The position numbers and the translations under genes were made by a program. Below are positions 23,016 through 31,869 of a stretch of 64,000 bases of DNA, piece by piece. Source of the stretch: an uncultured Nitrososphaeraceae archaeon (GTDB lineage Archaea > Thermoproteota > Nitrososphaeria > Nitrososphaerales > Nitrososphaeraceae); assembly GCA_963825865.1 (NCBI GenBank), contig CAWGVG010000060.1:128001-192000 (forward strand). Direction: 5' to 3'. A model generated the notes under the pieces. The model saw only the letters and a list, made by a program, of their open reading frames with translations, did not search any database and was not told the origin of the DNA. Within the stretch, counting starts at the first letter, position 1. Each line of letters begins with the position of its first letter.

Positions 23016-23438
23016 ATGGAAAAAACAACAACACATATGGCAGTCGTTTTAGCACTGGCTTTTGGGCTCATTTTGGGGTCAATAGGTTCCGCAAGTTTAG
23101 TACATGCTCAACAGCAACAAGCCAACACAACTGGCGGCGGCAACATGACAAGTAAAAGCACCGGTCCAAGCGCAGCTGGTAATGTAACGAATCCAACTAA
23201 TGCGACCAAATCACCAAGCGTTGTGGGAGGAGGCAATATGACAAGCCCAACTAATGCCAAAGCGGCAAATCAAACAGCGAGTATGCAATCCGGAGGAAAT
23301 AATTCAATGGCTGGGGGTACCAATGCTAGTTCTGGAAATGTAACGAAATCTGGCAATCAAACCAACAGCACCGGAAGTATGTTAAGCAAAATTCCTGTGA
23401 TAGGACCTACGCTTGGAAAGATTTTAGGCGGTAAATAA
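23016..23438 (+). CDS. secreted Asn/Thr/Gly-rich protein with C-terminal IPVIGPTLGKILGGK tail
   Basis: signal peptide ending VHA-QQQQ; many N-x-T/S sequons. Confidence 0.75.
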   Translation: MEKTTTHMAVVLALAFGLILGSIGSASLVHAQQQQANTTGGGNMTSKSTGPSAAGNVTNPTNATKSPSVVGGGNMTSPTNAKAANQTASMQSGGNNSMAGGTNASSGNVTKSGNQTNSTGSMLSKIPVIGPTLGKILGGK

Positions 23439-23653
23439 TAATAAAGGCATAGATCATCCAAAACGGATAAAAATTCTTGTTGCTTTCTCCAGCAACAAGA
23501 ATAATTTATTTTATAAATCAACGGTCTGATTAGACAATGCATACGTGCACCTATATAATATCAACACTTGTCAAAAACCAGTCCTAAAAAATATAATATA
23601 ATTCTCTTTTGGTGCGTAACTGATTTTAAGAAGCAATATAATTAATTAAATTT

Positions 23654-24007
23654 ATGAATAAACCAAGCGAAGAAGAAAAATATATTGTTACATTTGAGGA
23701 GTTTTCAAAGATTCATTTAAAAATTGGCGAGATTCTTCAAGCTGAAATCATTCCGGGTATGGAAAGGTAGACCTTCTCAAGGTAAAAGTAGACATAGGAA
23801 TGGAACAAAGAGTTCGTCGGCGCTGCACTTTTTTACAGACCAGAAGAACTAACCGGTAAAAAGGTAGTTGTTTGCACAAATTTGAAACCGCGGAAAATTG
23901 CCGATATAATATCTAATGGAATGTTACTTGCTGCAGAGTGAACTGGAGCAAAGCCAGAATTCCTTGCAATTACTGAAGATATCCCAATTGGAGCAACAGT
24001 CCATTGA
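23654..24007 (+). pseudogene. tRNA-binding OB-fold protein (CsaA/MetRS C-terminal type), multiple indels
   Basis: VTFEEFSKIHLKIGEILQAE...[30 protein letters not shown]...IPIGATVH read across frames. Confidence 0.8.
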
Positions 24008-24011
24008 AAGA

Positions 24012-24731
24012 TTAGCCAATACCTGGTCGAAATCTAGATGGCTCTTTTTCCTTTTGAATATCTTCTAGAATTGCTTCGTATTGTTTATCAAGAGGTTTTG
24101 TATCAAGCTTAATATTTTCAATTTTTGCAAATGCTTTCACAATACTTTTAGCCGCCAACGGCTGAGGACTTGTCGCTTCTGAAATTTCACCAAACAATCC
24201 TATTGCATTAATATTTCTATCGGCTGCCAAACCCAAAATTAATCCATTGAACCATGTTATGCTATTAACCTCAGTTCCAACAAGCGCGATGTCCGATTTT
24301 TTAAATACCTCTTTTAATTCTGAGTTATTCACTACTCCGCAAACCCTTGGTGCACCTGTTAATTGTTCATGGAGATAACCACCTGCTCCGTACAAGAGAT
24401 TGACTTTACCTGTGGCTTGTACATAATCCAGGAAGGTATTGCATAAGTTATAAAGCTCCATAGGCTCCTGGGGTTGGGAGTTTCCAGTAAAGATTAACAA
24501 TTTGTTCAATTTGTTATAATATATATTGTAGATATCTAGCGCAGTCTTAACTATACCATCCGAATATAATACCCATGGTTTCTCACTGGATATTATCTCA
24601 GCTACACATTCTGTTTCCAAATTTTCTGCCAAAAACGTTGAGACAAGTCCTCCTACTCTCCCCATATCGGGAAGTGAGGCAAAAACTTTGAATTCATCTA
24701 CTTTTAGATCTTTTATAATATTTAATCTCAT
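24012..24731 (-). CDS. PAC2 family proteasome assembly chaperone
   Basis: SLPDMGRVGGL, TGNSQP, ITWFNGLILG, GLFGE, PQPLAA. Confidence 0.8.
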   Translation of the reverse strand: MRLNIIKDLKVDEFKVFASLPDMGRVGGLVSTFLAENLETECVAEIISSEKPWVLYSDGIVKTALDIYNIYYNKLNKLLIFTGNSQPQEPMELYNLCNTFLDYVQATGKVNLLYGAGGYLHEQLTGAPRVCGVVNNSELKEVFKKSDIALVGTEVNSITWFNGLILGLAADRNINAIGLFGEISEATSPQPLAAKSIVKAFAKIENIKLDTKPLDKQYEAILEDIQKEKEPSRFRPGIG

Positions 24732-25616
24732 TTCATATTGTCCATCCCGTTTATCCTTTCAAGAAACGCGGATACTGCCGTATAATCTTGTTGAGAAAAT
24801 CCACTGTTATTTGCTGCCCTATAGATTTGCTGAACTATTGTCGCAGCTGGCAAGAAGATCCCTATAGACTGTGCAGAGGTTGTAACAAGTTCAAGGTCCT
24901 TGAGCATATTTTTAAGATGAAATGATGGCTCGAAATTATTCTTCACCATCTTTGGTCCCTTGGTTTCACTTAGTCCTGTCTTGAAATACGTAGAATTTAA
25001 GATTTGAATAAAAATCTGCGGATCTATTCCAGACGCTTTGACTAGTGTGATTCCTTCTGATATAGCGCTTGCTATCAGAGCTATATTCAGATTTAATGCT
25101 AATTTAACAGCGTTAGCATTGCCGTCAACACTGCCCATATAATATACCGAACGGGCCATTTTTTCAATGATTGGTTTTACTTCTTCAAATACCTCCTTTT
25201 TACCTGCAATTATTGACACCAGTTCACCTTTTTCTGCTGTCTGCCGGACCCCCCATCATGGGCATTTCAAGCATTTCAATTTGGTTTTTCCTAAATAGGT
25301 CGGCACAACACTTTGATTCCTTAGGAGAAATCGTGCTTAAATTTCCTACTATCAGACACTTGCGATTGGATGTAATAATTCCCTCAGTTCCAAAAGATAC
25401 TTGTAGTATTGCTTCGAAGTCTGTAACACAGATTATGATAAAATCGCAAATCTGTGCAAGTTCTTTTGGACTGGTTGCTATCTTGGCATCGATCCTTTCA
25501 AAAGGTTTTGTTTTTGTTGTATCACGATTGTAAACACTAACAACGTGACCAGTATTAATTAATCTTGAAGCAATTTGAGAACCCATTAATCCAAGACCAA
25601 TTACACCGACCCTCAT
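24728..25616 (-). CDS. NAD(P)-dependent beta-hydroxyacid dehydrogenase (3-hydroxyisobutyrate dehydrogenase family; frameshift near 25235)
   Basis: GVIGLGLMG, YNR, PMMGGP, AVKLALN, FEPSFHLKNMLKDL. Confidence 0.9.
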
Positions 25617-25997
25617 TATACTTGGGTAAAATTAATCCAAGAATAAAAATGATGTCTTTTGGACGTAATTATCCTCGTCATTGCTATTTGCCCAACCTTT
25701 GACCAGCGATTTTTTGATATCATCTGGTTTTAATTAGTTATAAGAAACATTCATCTATCAATAGTATTAGTTTTCGCATTTTCTGGCAACAGGCTTACTC
25801 TCATTTGTTTTCTGGCCAGGATTTATTAGATCCATTTCACTTCATAGTGTTGCTGCTTCGGTGGTTTTATAATAGCTTTATCGTTGTTGTTGTTGTTATT
25901 TCATTAAGCTCTAAAATTAATTAATATTAGAAGTAATGTTCTATTGTTACCATTATATAGTAAGAATATACAAGAATTAAGTATTACAAGCTTTTGA

Positions 25998-26669
25998 TCA
26001 GGTTAATTCTTGAATTTGTAGCTTCTTGATATATTTTATTAATTGTATAGCATCTCGCTCTTTCAGGCTTTCTCTATTGTTGGTTATGTATGCTCGAAAG
26101 GATTCAATATGACTATCAGAACGCGGATATTTCTTCTTTGTTAGGTCCAGGATATCAGTATAATTTCTATATGGAAAATAGATGTTCTTTGCAACTTTTA
26201 TTATCACTCTTTTGGTATTCTCATCAATGATTCCTTTTCTTTTTGCAATAAATAAGTTAAACCTGATATCTATCATTGCTTCTGATTGAAGTATATGGTG
26301 ACCTTCTTCGAAAGTGACTGCTACTTCGTCATCTCCATCAATTTTACCTGTCTTGTAGAGCTGCGAATATTTTACCTATACCAATCATTCCAAATTTTTC
26401 AAGCTCCACCGCCCGCAATGCGCCAAGGCTTGCTGCACCTACAAGGACCATATTTTTTTTTGTTGCTATTTGATAGACCTCTATTGGTGTTGGTGGATAA
26501 TCCTGTAAAAAAAAGCCATCAACCAATCCAACAATCGTTACCTCATTTGTCAAACTTGCAAGCCGAAAAGGTCACCTTTTTTTGCTGGAGGCCTATAATC
26601 TGCTTCAAGAATACTCATTGCCTTTTCACGGCTAAGACTTGGGCCAAGAAAAATTATTGCTCTGTTCAT
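25998..26669 (-). CDS. tfuA: TfuA-like protein (split by 2-3 indels)
   Basis: ATG overlaps ycaO stop; MNRAIIFLGPSL..YRPPAKKGD, VDGFFLQ, GAASLGALRAVEL..GMIGIGKIF, DDEVAV, SEAMIDIR, YFPYR, LKERDA. Confidence 0.88.
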
Positions 26670-27988
26670 CGTTTAAAATACTTCCTTGCTCGATGTCCCA
26701 TAATTGATTTTGTGAATTTGAAAGTTTCTAGCCCGGGAACTATAGCGCGTACCACTGGAATGCCAATATAATCATTTGTCAGGGTAACGATTATCGCTGT
26801 TCTTAAACCAGCCTGTTCTAAACGATTTAAAATCAGCTTAATGTCATCAAGAATATCTTCATTAATGTATGTTTTAATTTCAGAGAATCTAATTGTACGT
26901 TTGGATGGCATGAACTGCCACGCGCGTTTATCGTCAGTATTATTTTCCCCATATCTAATTTTTCTCAGATCATCCCTTGCACCCTGAATGTTAGCGGCTC
27001 TTGTTTGTGAAACCTCAGTTATAGCGCGTAATAATGCTATACGTGCATCTGGATGGGTTCCATGTCCTTCTGCAAGATACCCATAGTTATTGGTTATCCA
27101 TTCAATACTGCTTGCATTAAATGTTGGAATACCTATATCTGATGTGACATCCTTTATTATCAGAGGGATTCTAGCTTTTGTAAATTTTTTGACCATATTT
27201 TTTAGTGGCTGAAATTCAATGTCTGAAATGTCAACGTCAGGAAATATTCCTGCGTCATCCATGAATTTATCCGCTGGAATTGCTGATAGAGGATAACCTT
27301 GCGTCTTCAGTGAGTTCATTATACATCGTAAAAAGTGAAATGGGATAGCGCTAGCACGTAATTCGGCTAGACTTATTGCATCTCGCTCTATGACTTCACA
27401 TAATGAATGACATATTGCCTCTTCCTCTACATTGCCAGATGCAAGTCCATTTGTATGGTGGAATGCAAATGGATTAATAACAGGAGATTTGGGACAGTAT
27501 CTAAATAATGCAAGCGGCGCAGGGACCATAATTTGCTCACCTGACAATAAGTCAACTCCAGGAAGGAATTCCATTAGCATATTATTTTTGTATTCAAACC
27601 TAACGGGTTCTACAACCTCATTAGGATGCAAGACTTTCGATGTCTTTGATAGTTCGTCGTAACTTCCTACGATAAAATTCCTAGGAGCTCCACTGGGTAG
27701 AGAAGTATATCTCTCGATGCTCTCCATTAAGGCACTAGCCTTTGCATGTTCCCTTGTTTGACCTTTTCCGTTATACACCCAAATGTAATCTTCTGTTCCC
27801 GGTAAAACTGCCGAATAATTTGGTATACGTAATATATCCATATGCGTAATATCAGCAAGTCTGGTCACCCCTATATTTTTGGATAATGTTGTAATTTTAT
27901 TGAGTGTCTCTTGGGGAGAATTTATTCTTGTAGTTCCCTTTTTCGTCCACTTTTTTCTGCTTTTAAGAAATAGTGGCTGAGCACTCAT
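26666..27988 (-). CDS. ycaO: YcaO-family protein (TfuA-associated, thioamide-forming type)
   Basis: GVTRLADIT, NGKG, ALMESIER, TNGLASG, EVIERDA, RAITEVSQTR, VVRAIVPGLE. Confidence 0.93.
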   Translation of the reverse strand: MSAQPLFLKSRKKWTKKGTTRINSPQETLNKITTLSKNIGVTRLADITHMDILRIPNYSAVLPGTEDYIWVYNGKGQTREHAKASALMESIERYTSLPSGAPRNFIVGSYDELSKTSKVLHPNEVVEPVRFEYKNNMLMEFLPGVDLLSGEQIMVPAPLALFRYCPKSPVINPFAFHHTNGLASGNVEEEAICHSLCEVIERDAISLAELRASAIPFHFLRCIMNSLKTQGYPLSAIPADKFMDDAGIFPDVDISDIEFQPLKNMVKKFTKARIPLIIKDVTSDIGIPTFNASSIEWITNNYGYLAEGHGTHPDARIALLRAITEVSQTRAANIQGARDDLRKIRYGENNTDDKRAWQFMPSKRTIRFSEIKTYINEDILDDIKLILNRLEQAGLRTAIIVTLTNDYIGIPVVRAIVPGLETFKFTKSIMGHRARKYFKR

Positions 27989-28037
27989 GATTATGAGCCC
28001 TTGTATTAGACCATATCAAGTTTACGAATCAGACATA

Positions 28038-28050
28038 GAAATATATATTA
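28038..28050. promoter_or_regulatory. TATA-like element between divergent ycaO and small ORF
   Basis: GAAATATATATTA about 25-30 nt upstream of TTG at 28075. Confidence 0.5.
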
Positions 28051-28074
28051 GATTTTGCATTTGTCTCTTATTAG

Positions 28075-28251
28075 TTGAACCCGCGACAGAAGGACGCTGA
28101 GATCATTAGCGAAATTCTTTTGAGAGCCACTAGTGAACCCGAATTCAGAAACCTATTGATTAAGGACCCTACAAAATTCTTAGAGCAATACAGTATTTCA
28201 CGAGAGGCCAAATTGATTATAAAAACCAGTATAGTTGATCTTACCCAATAG
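28075..28251 (+). CDS. 58-aa NHLP-leader-like peptide, candidate RiPP precursor (not in ORF track)
   Basis: MNPRQKDAEIISEILLRATSEPEFRNLLIKDPTKFLEQYSISREAKLIIKTSIVDLTQ; matches RA..(D/E)PEFR..L..DP...L..Y pattern; divergent from ycaO. Confidence 0.7.
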   Translation: MNPRQKDAEIISEILLRATSEPEFRNLLIKDPTKFLEQYSISREAKLIIKTSIVDLTQ

Positions 28252-28394
28252 CGCATATATGTCCGTATTTTTATGTGTTTTCATAAATTGCATCGCATAG
28301 GCTAAAACCTATAGTCAAATAAAATGCATGTATTTTTTTGTTTTCAGTGCTTGGTATGAAAACATTAAAATTTATTCTCGAACTTTTTTAGCTA

Positions 28395-29243
28395 ATGAAA
28401 AAATCTGTGGCGGTTGCATTGGTATTATTTCTTGGAGTTTTCCTGACAGTCATAATAGTTAGTCTGCGTATACTTGCACAGATAAACACAGCAGCCAATG
28501 CTATTAGTTACAATGTGATGACAGCAGAAAGGTTAGACACGTTTTCTGCCATGGGTACAATATCTTCTTTGATTTTTGACTCAGGAACATCATTACCATC
28601 AGCAACCACTAACGGAAATCAATCACATACATCTGGCAATCAAACCAAAGATATTATATCTCCAGGTACAAACACAGTAACAACTGAAGAAAAAGGGGAA
28701 GCACCATATGCTTTATCTGGTGACTGGAACTTGAAAGTGGAGAGAGGAAAGGTAAAGGATTTTACGGCAAAATTCACTATGGTACGTGTTGATGGAAGTC
28801 AACGCCATATACATGAACTAATTAACTTTAAAACCGGCAATTACAGCGACATTCAATTGGATCCGACAAATATCACTTTTATCAAGGGAACCTCCAGTGT
28901 TAGAACAAATGGTATTGAAACTTGGAGAGGGGTAGACACATTTCTATTGATTAACAAATTGAAGGTACTAAGCATAATTCCAAGCTCACAGGAAGTAAAT
29001 GATCACTTCAAAGGACAGCCAATTTATGGCATAACAGAATCAATGAAAGACAAAACCGGCAATGATATCATCGTATCATCCAATAGCATGACTCCTAGTA
29101 TCAATGGAACTATATCCAATTTTGTAGCTAATGGGACAGAAGAAGGAAAATCATTCTCTAACAAACCAGGAAAAACAGCGAATGCAACTATAAACAATTC
29201 CTCATTAGAAAGCTTGTACAGGAAATTTTTTGGCTCTTCTTGA
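28395..29243 (+). CDS. secreted/membrane-anchored hypothetical protein
   Basis: N-terminal hydrophobic helix; YALSGDWNLKV..FTAKFTMVRVDGSQRHIH..DHFKGQPIYG core. Confidence 0.75.
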   Translation: MKKSVAVALVLFLGVFLTVIIVSLRILAQINTAANAISYNVMTAERLDTFSAMGTISSLIFDSGTSLPSATTNGNQSHTSGNQTKDIISPGTNTVTTEEKGEAPYALSGDWNLKVERGKVKDFTAKFTMVRVDGSQRHIHELINFKTGNYSDIQLDPTNITFIKGTSSVRTNGIETWRGVDTFLLINKLKVLSIIPSSQEVNDHFKGQPIYGITESMKDKTGNDIIVSSNSMTPSINGTISNFVANGTEEGKSFSNKPGKTANATINNSSLESLYRKFFGSS

Positions 29244-29363
29244 CTAAGTTTAACACTTGACTTTGATTAGCCGATAACTAAAAATTATTCATAATGAAAT
29301 AAGACGCTGAAAATGCCATCTTATCTCAGCGTAAGACGAACACATAACATATATTATTAATGC

Positions 29364-29388
29364 TATTATTATTATTATTATTATTATT
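29364..29388. repeat. (TAT)n microsatellite
   Basis: about 8 consecutive TAT units. Confidence 0.85.
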
Positions 29389-29390
29389 CT

Positions 29391-29524
29391 TCAGTCCATC
29401 GTTCACTGCTTGGACTGGATATAGCGGTGCCTTCTATCCGTTCACGGCTTTGTCTGCACACCAAACAAAACAAAGCTTTAGAACTGCTAGCCTCGTCATC
29501 TGAGCTTCGTTCTCTAAAAAACCC
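29391..29524 (-). ncRNA. candidate four-hairpin structured RNA with possible kissing loops
   Basis: four consecutive stems, loop complementarity UGGUGU/GCACCG, TATA element at 29540-29550. Confidence 0.45.
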
Positions 29525-29573
29525 AAGTTAAGTCCTTTCTATAAATATATTTTGCTGGTGTTTATCCAGATAG

Positions 29574-30611
29574 TCATTGCGTTCTTTTTGGCTCTTCCTT
29601 AGACATCATTTTTATCTCTTCCGGAGTTGGCTCTGTTTCCCTTTCGAATTTGCCGCTTACTAGTGCACTTGGCACATCTATCCATAATGAACTGCCATCA
29701 TAATTGTTTATGTATGACTTAGGAATGTAATAGTGATGAATTTTTACATCTCCTTCTCTAACTGCAATAAATTCATTTCCTACTGTTTCAACATCTCCTA
29801 TGTCTATATTGTCAGTTGTTCTGACATGCTTATGAATTACCTCTTCCCATGGGATATTGAGTGTCTTTCCCGATGATTCTGATTCAATGGCAACACCTGA
29901 CTCTTTGGCCATAAACGGTACCCCATATCTGAATTGTGGATATGCAGATTCTGTTTTTCTCATTTGTTCTTCGTATTGCTGCGTCTTGAATTCGGATTCA
30001 GAAGGAGGGCTATCTCGTTGATATTTGTCTTTGATTTCATCTTTCGTCAAGGATGCAAATAAGTCTTTACCGTCGAATCCTTGAATGTAGTATTTGGGTA
30101 TATAATAGTGCTTTTTACTTACGGTCCCTTCCTTGACTTCTATGTAATCAGTCGAAACGCTTTCAACCTCCCCTATCTCTTGGCTATCACTTGATTTTAC
30201 CTTCTTGTCGAGAATTTTTTCCCAAGGCAACCCAACCATGTCTTGGGAAGTAGTGGTCTGTCCTGATTTTGATCCAGTATGTGCAGGAATATTATTTGCA
30301 AAATCAGGGAAGTCTTTTGTCATTGTTGTCCTTCTCTCTGTATACTCTGGTGTCTCAAATTCTGAAGGGTCAGGTGCTTTTTCTTTCTCATATCTTGATT
30401 TTACTTCGTCTTTTGTCAATGAAATCCAAAGGTTGTCACCATCATATCCTTGGATATAATATTTGGGGATGTAATAGTAATTCTTTGATACTAATCCTTC
30501 TTTGGTCTGTATAAAGTCTTTAGTTATACTTTGGACCTTCCCTAAATCTTGGCTATCACTTGATTTTACCTTCTTGTCGATCGCCTTATCCCACGATATA
30601 ATATCGGCCAT
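29574..30611 (-). CDS. three-repeat PRC-barrel/DUF2171-like protein
   Basis: three copies of W...IDKKVKSSD..D(L/I)G.V...KEG.V.K.HYYIPK.YI..YDG..L. Confidence 0.75.
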   Translation of the reverse strand: MADIISWDKAIDKKVKSSDSQDLGKVQSITKDFIQTKEGLVSKNYYYIPKYYIQGYDGDNLWISLTKDEVKSRYEKEKAPDPSEFETPEYTERRTTMTKDFPDFANNIPAHTGSKSGQTTTSQDMVGLPWEKILDKKVKSSDSQEIGEVESVSTDYIEVKEGTVSKKHYYIPKYYIQGFDGKDLFASLTKDEIKDKYQRDSPPSESEFKTQQYEEQMRKTESAYPQFRYGVPFMAKESGVAIESESSGKTLNIPWEEVIHKHVRTTDNIDIGDVETVGNEFIAVREGDVKIHHYYIPKSYINNYDGSSLWIDVPSALVSGKFERETEPTPEEIKMMSKEEPKRTQ

Positions 30612-30815
30612 TATTATTCATTGGATATTCCTGAACATACAATTTATCAGTTTTAGATCAATGTTATATGTTTTTTAGATTACGTATGATCTTTTTATAA
30701 AAGCAGTAGACAATTATGAAATTTAAATCTAGGTTTAAGCCAAAACTAATACATGAACCCGCGACAAGCCGGCCGTTTACAATTGCGAATAAAGAAAATG
30801 TACACAAACTATGGG

Positions 30816-31536
30816 TCAACCAACTATTCTTGCAGTAAATGTTACTGAGTTAGGCGGTATGCTGCCGGATTTGATGTTAGCTATTTGAACAGTAATATCA
30901 CCAGTGTAACCATTTGCCAATGTAACTCTCTCGATACCTCTTCCGCCAGTTACGGGCTGGTTTACCTTATTCCATAAAACCTTACCTTGGTTGGAATAAA
31001 TTGTCATATCATAACTATCTATAGGTACGGTTGGTTGTATGCTAGAAGGAACACTGGGTCTGTTTGCACCAATACTTGATTCTCCCTTTACATTTGATTC
31101 CTTTTGTGGAACTGTATTTGCCGTTGGCGAGCGGAGCGCTTGCGTTCAGAAAGTCTATTTCCATATCAAACCCTTTCTTTGAAAGAGCAAGTGACGACTC
31201 ATTCCACATTATTTGTATTCTATAATTACCCTTGTCAGAAACCTTTTCTAGAAGCGCACCTGCCGTTGCGACTCCCTGTGAGTTTAATGGTTGCTGACCA
31301 TTCTGAGTTGTCGCACCATCTTGTGCGAAGGCAAAGTGACAGGATACAGGGATTGATAAAACAATAAGCAGAAGAGTAAGAAATGAGCAGAATGTTGTAT
31401 AAAATAAAATAGTGTTAGAATAGACTCTTCTTTCACTTTTACAATAGCAGTGCTCCAAAAGAGTAAAATTAAATAATTTTTGGCAAATTTTCTTCGCTTT
31501 AGTGCTTTGTAATTTGAAGATAGATTCATTTCTCAT
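30816..31536 (-). CDS. secreted hypothetical protein (frameshifted)
   Basis: signal-like helix ending FAFAQ; ORFs 31042-31536 and 30816-31007 join across indels near 31040-31120. Confidence 0.6.
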
Positions 31537-31740
31537 GCATTACTTTAACATGCTATGTTAGTATTTAGAGGTTTACTGGTTCAAGGCTGAACTGGTAAGG
31601 TACTGATATGTCCAACTCAGAGTGCTATCCCAATAATAACAATAATACTGGGATCAGCGTTAAATTAAGACAAGACAGATAAGCCGAATAAATATCACTT
31701 CAATCCAATTTCCGAAAAAGAGCTTATCATTTCTAAAAAA

Positions 31741-31832
31741 TTTTGTCCCCCGCCTCTGACCCACACATAATCACAGGTAGCCATACACTCAAGTGTGTAC
31801 TCCTCCTCGTGCACTCTCTATAACGGGGAGCC
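31741..31832 (-). ncRNA. candidate small structured RNA, possibly H/ACA-like
   Basis: TTTATATT box upstream, GC-rich closing stem UCCCCGUU/GGCGGGGG, then ACA-AAA and a T6 tract. Confidence 0.5.
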
Positions 31833-31869
31833 TATTTGTATCATTCCGAAAATATAAAGATCGTGTTTA

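Noticed and set aside
26286-26771. 161-aa plus-strand ORF
   Set aside because: Antisense to tfuA/ycaO; no motif.
28071-28256. 61-aa minus-strand ORF from the track
   Set aside because: Shadow of the + strand NHLP-like ORF, which has a recognisable motif and a suitably placed TATA box.
31790-31830. HDV-like ribozyme suggested by TCCTCCTCG loop on + strand
   Set aside because: Could not build P1/P1.1/P2 pairings; promoter and terminator signals favour a minus-strand transcript.
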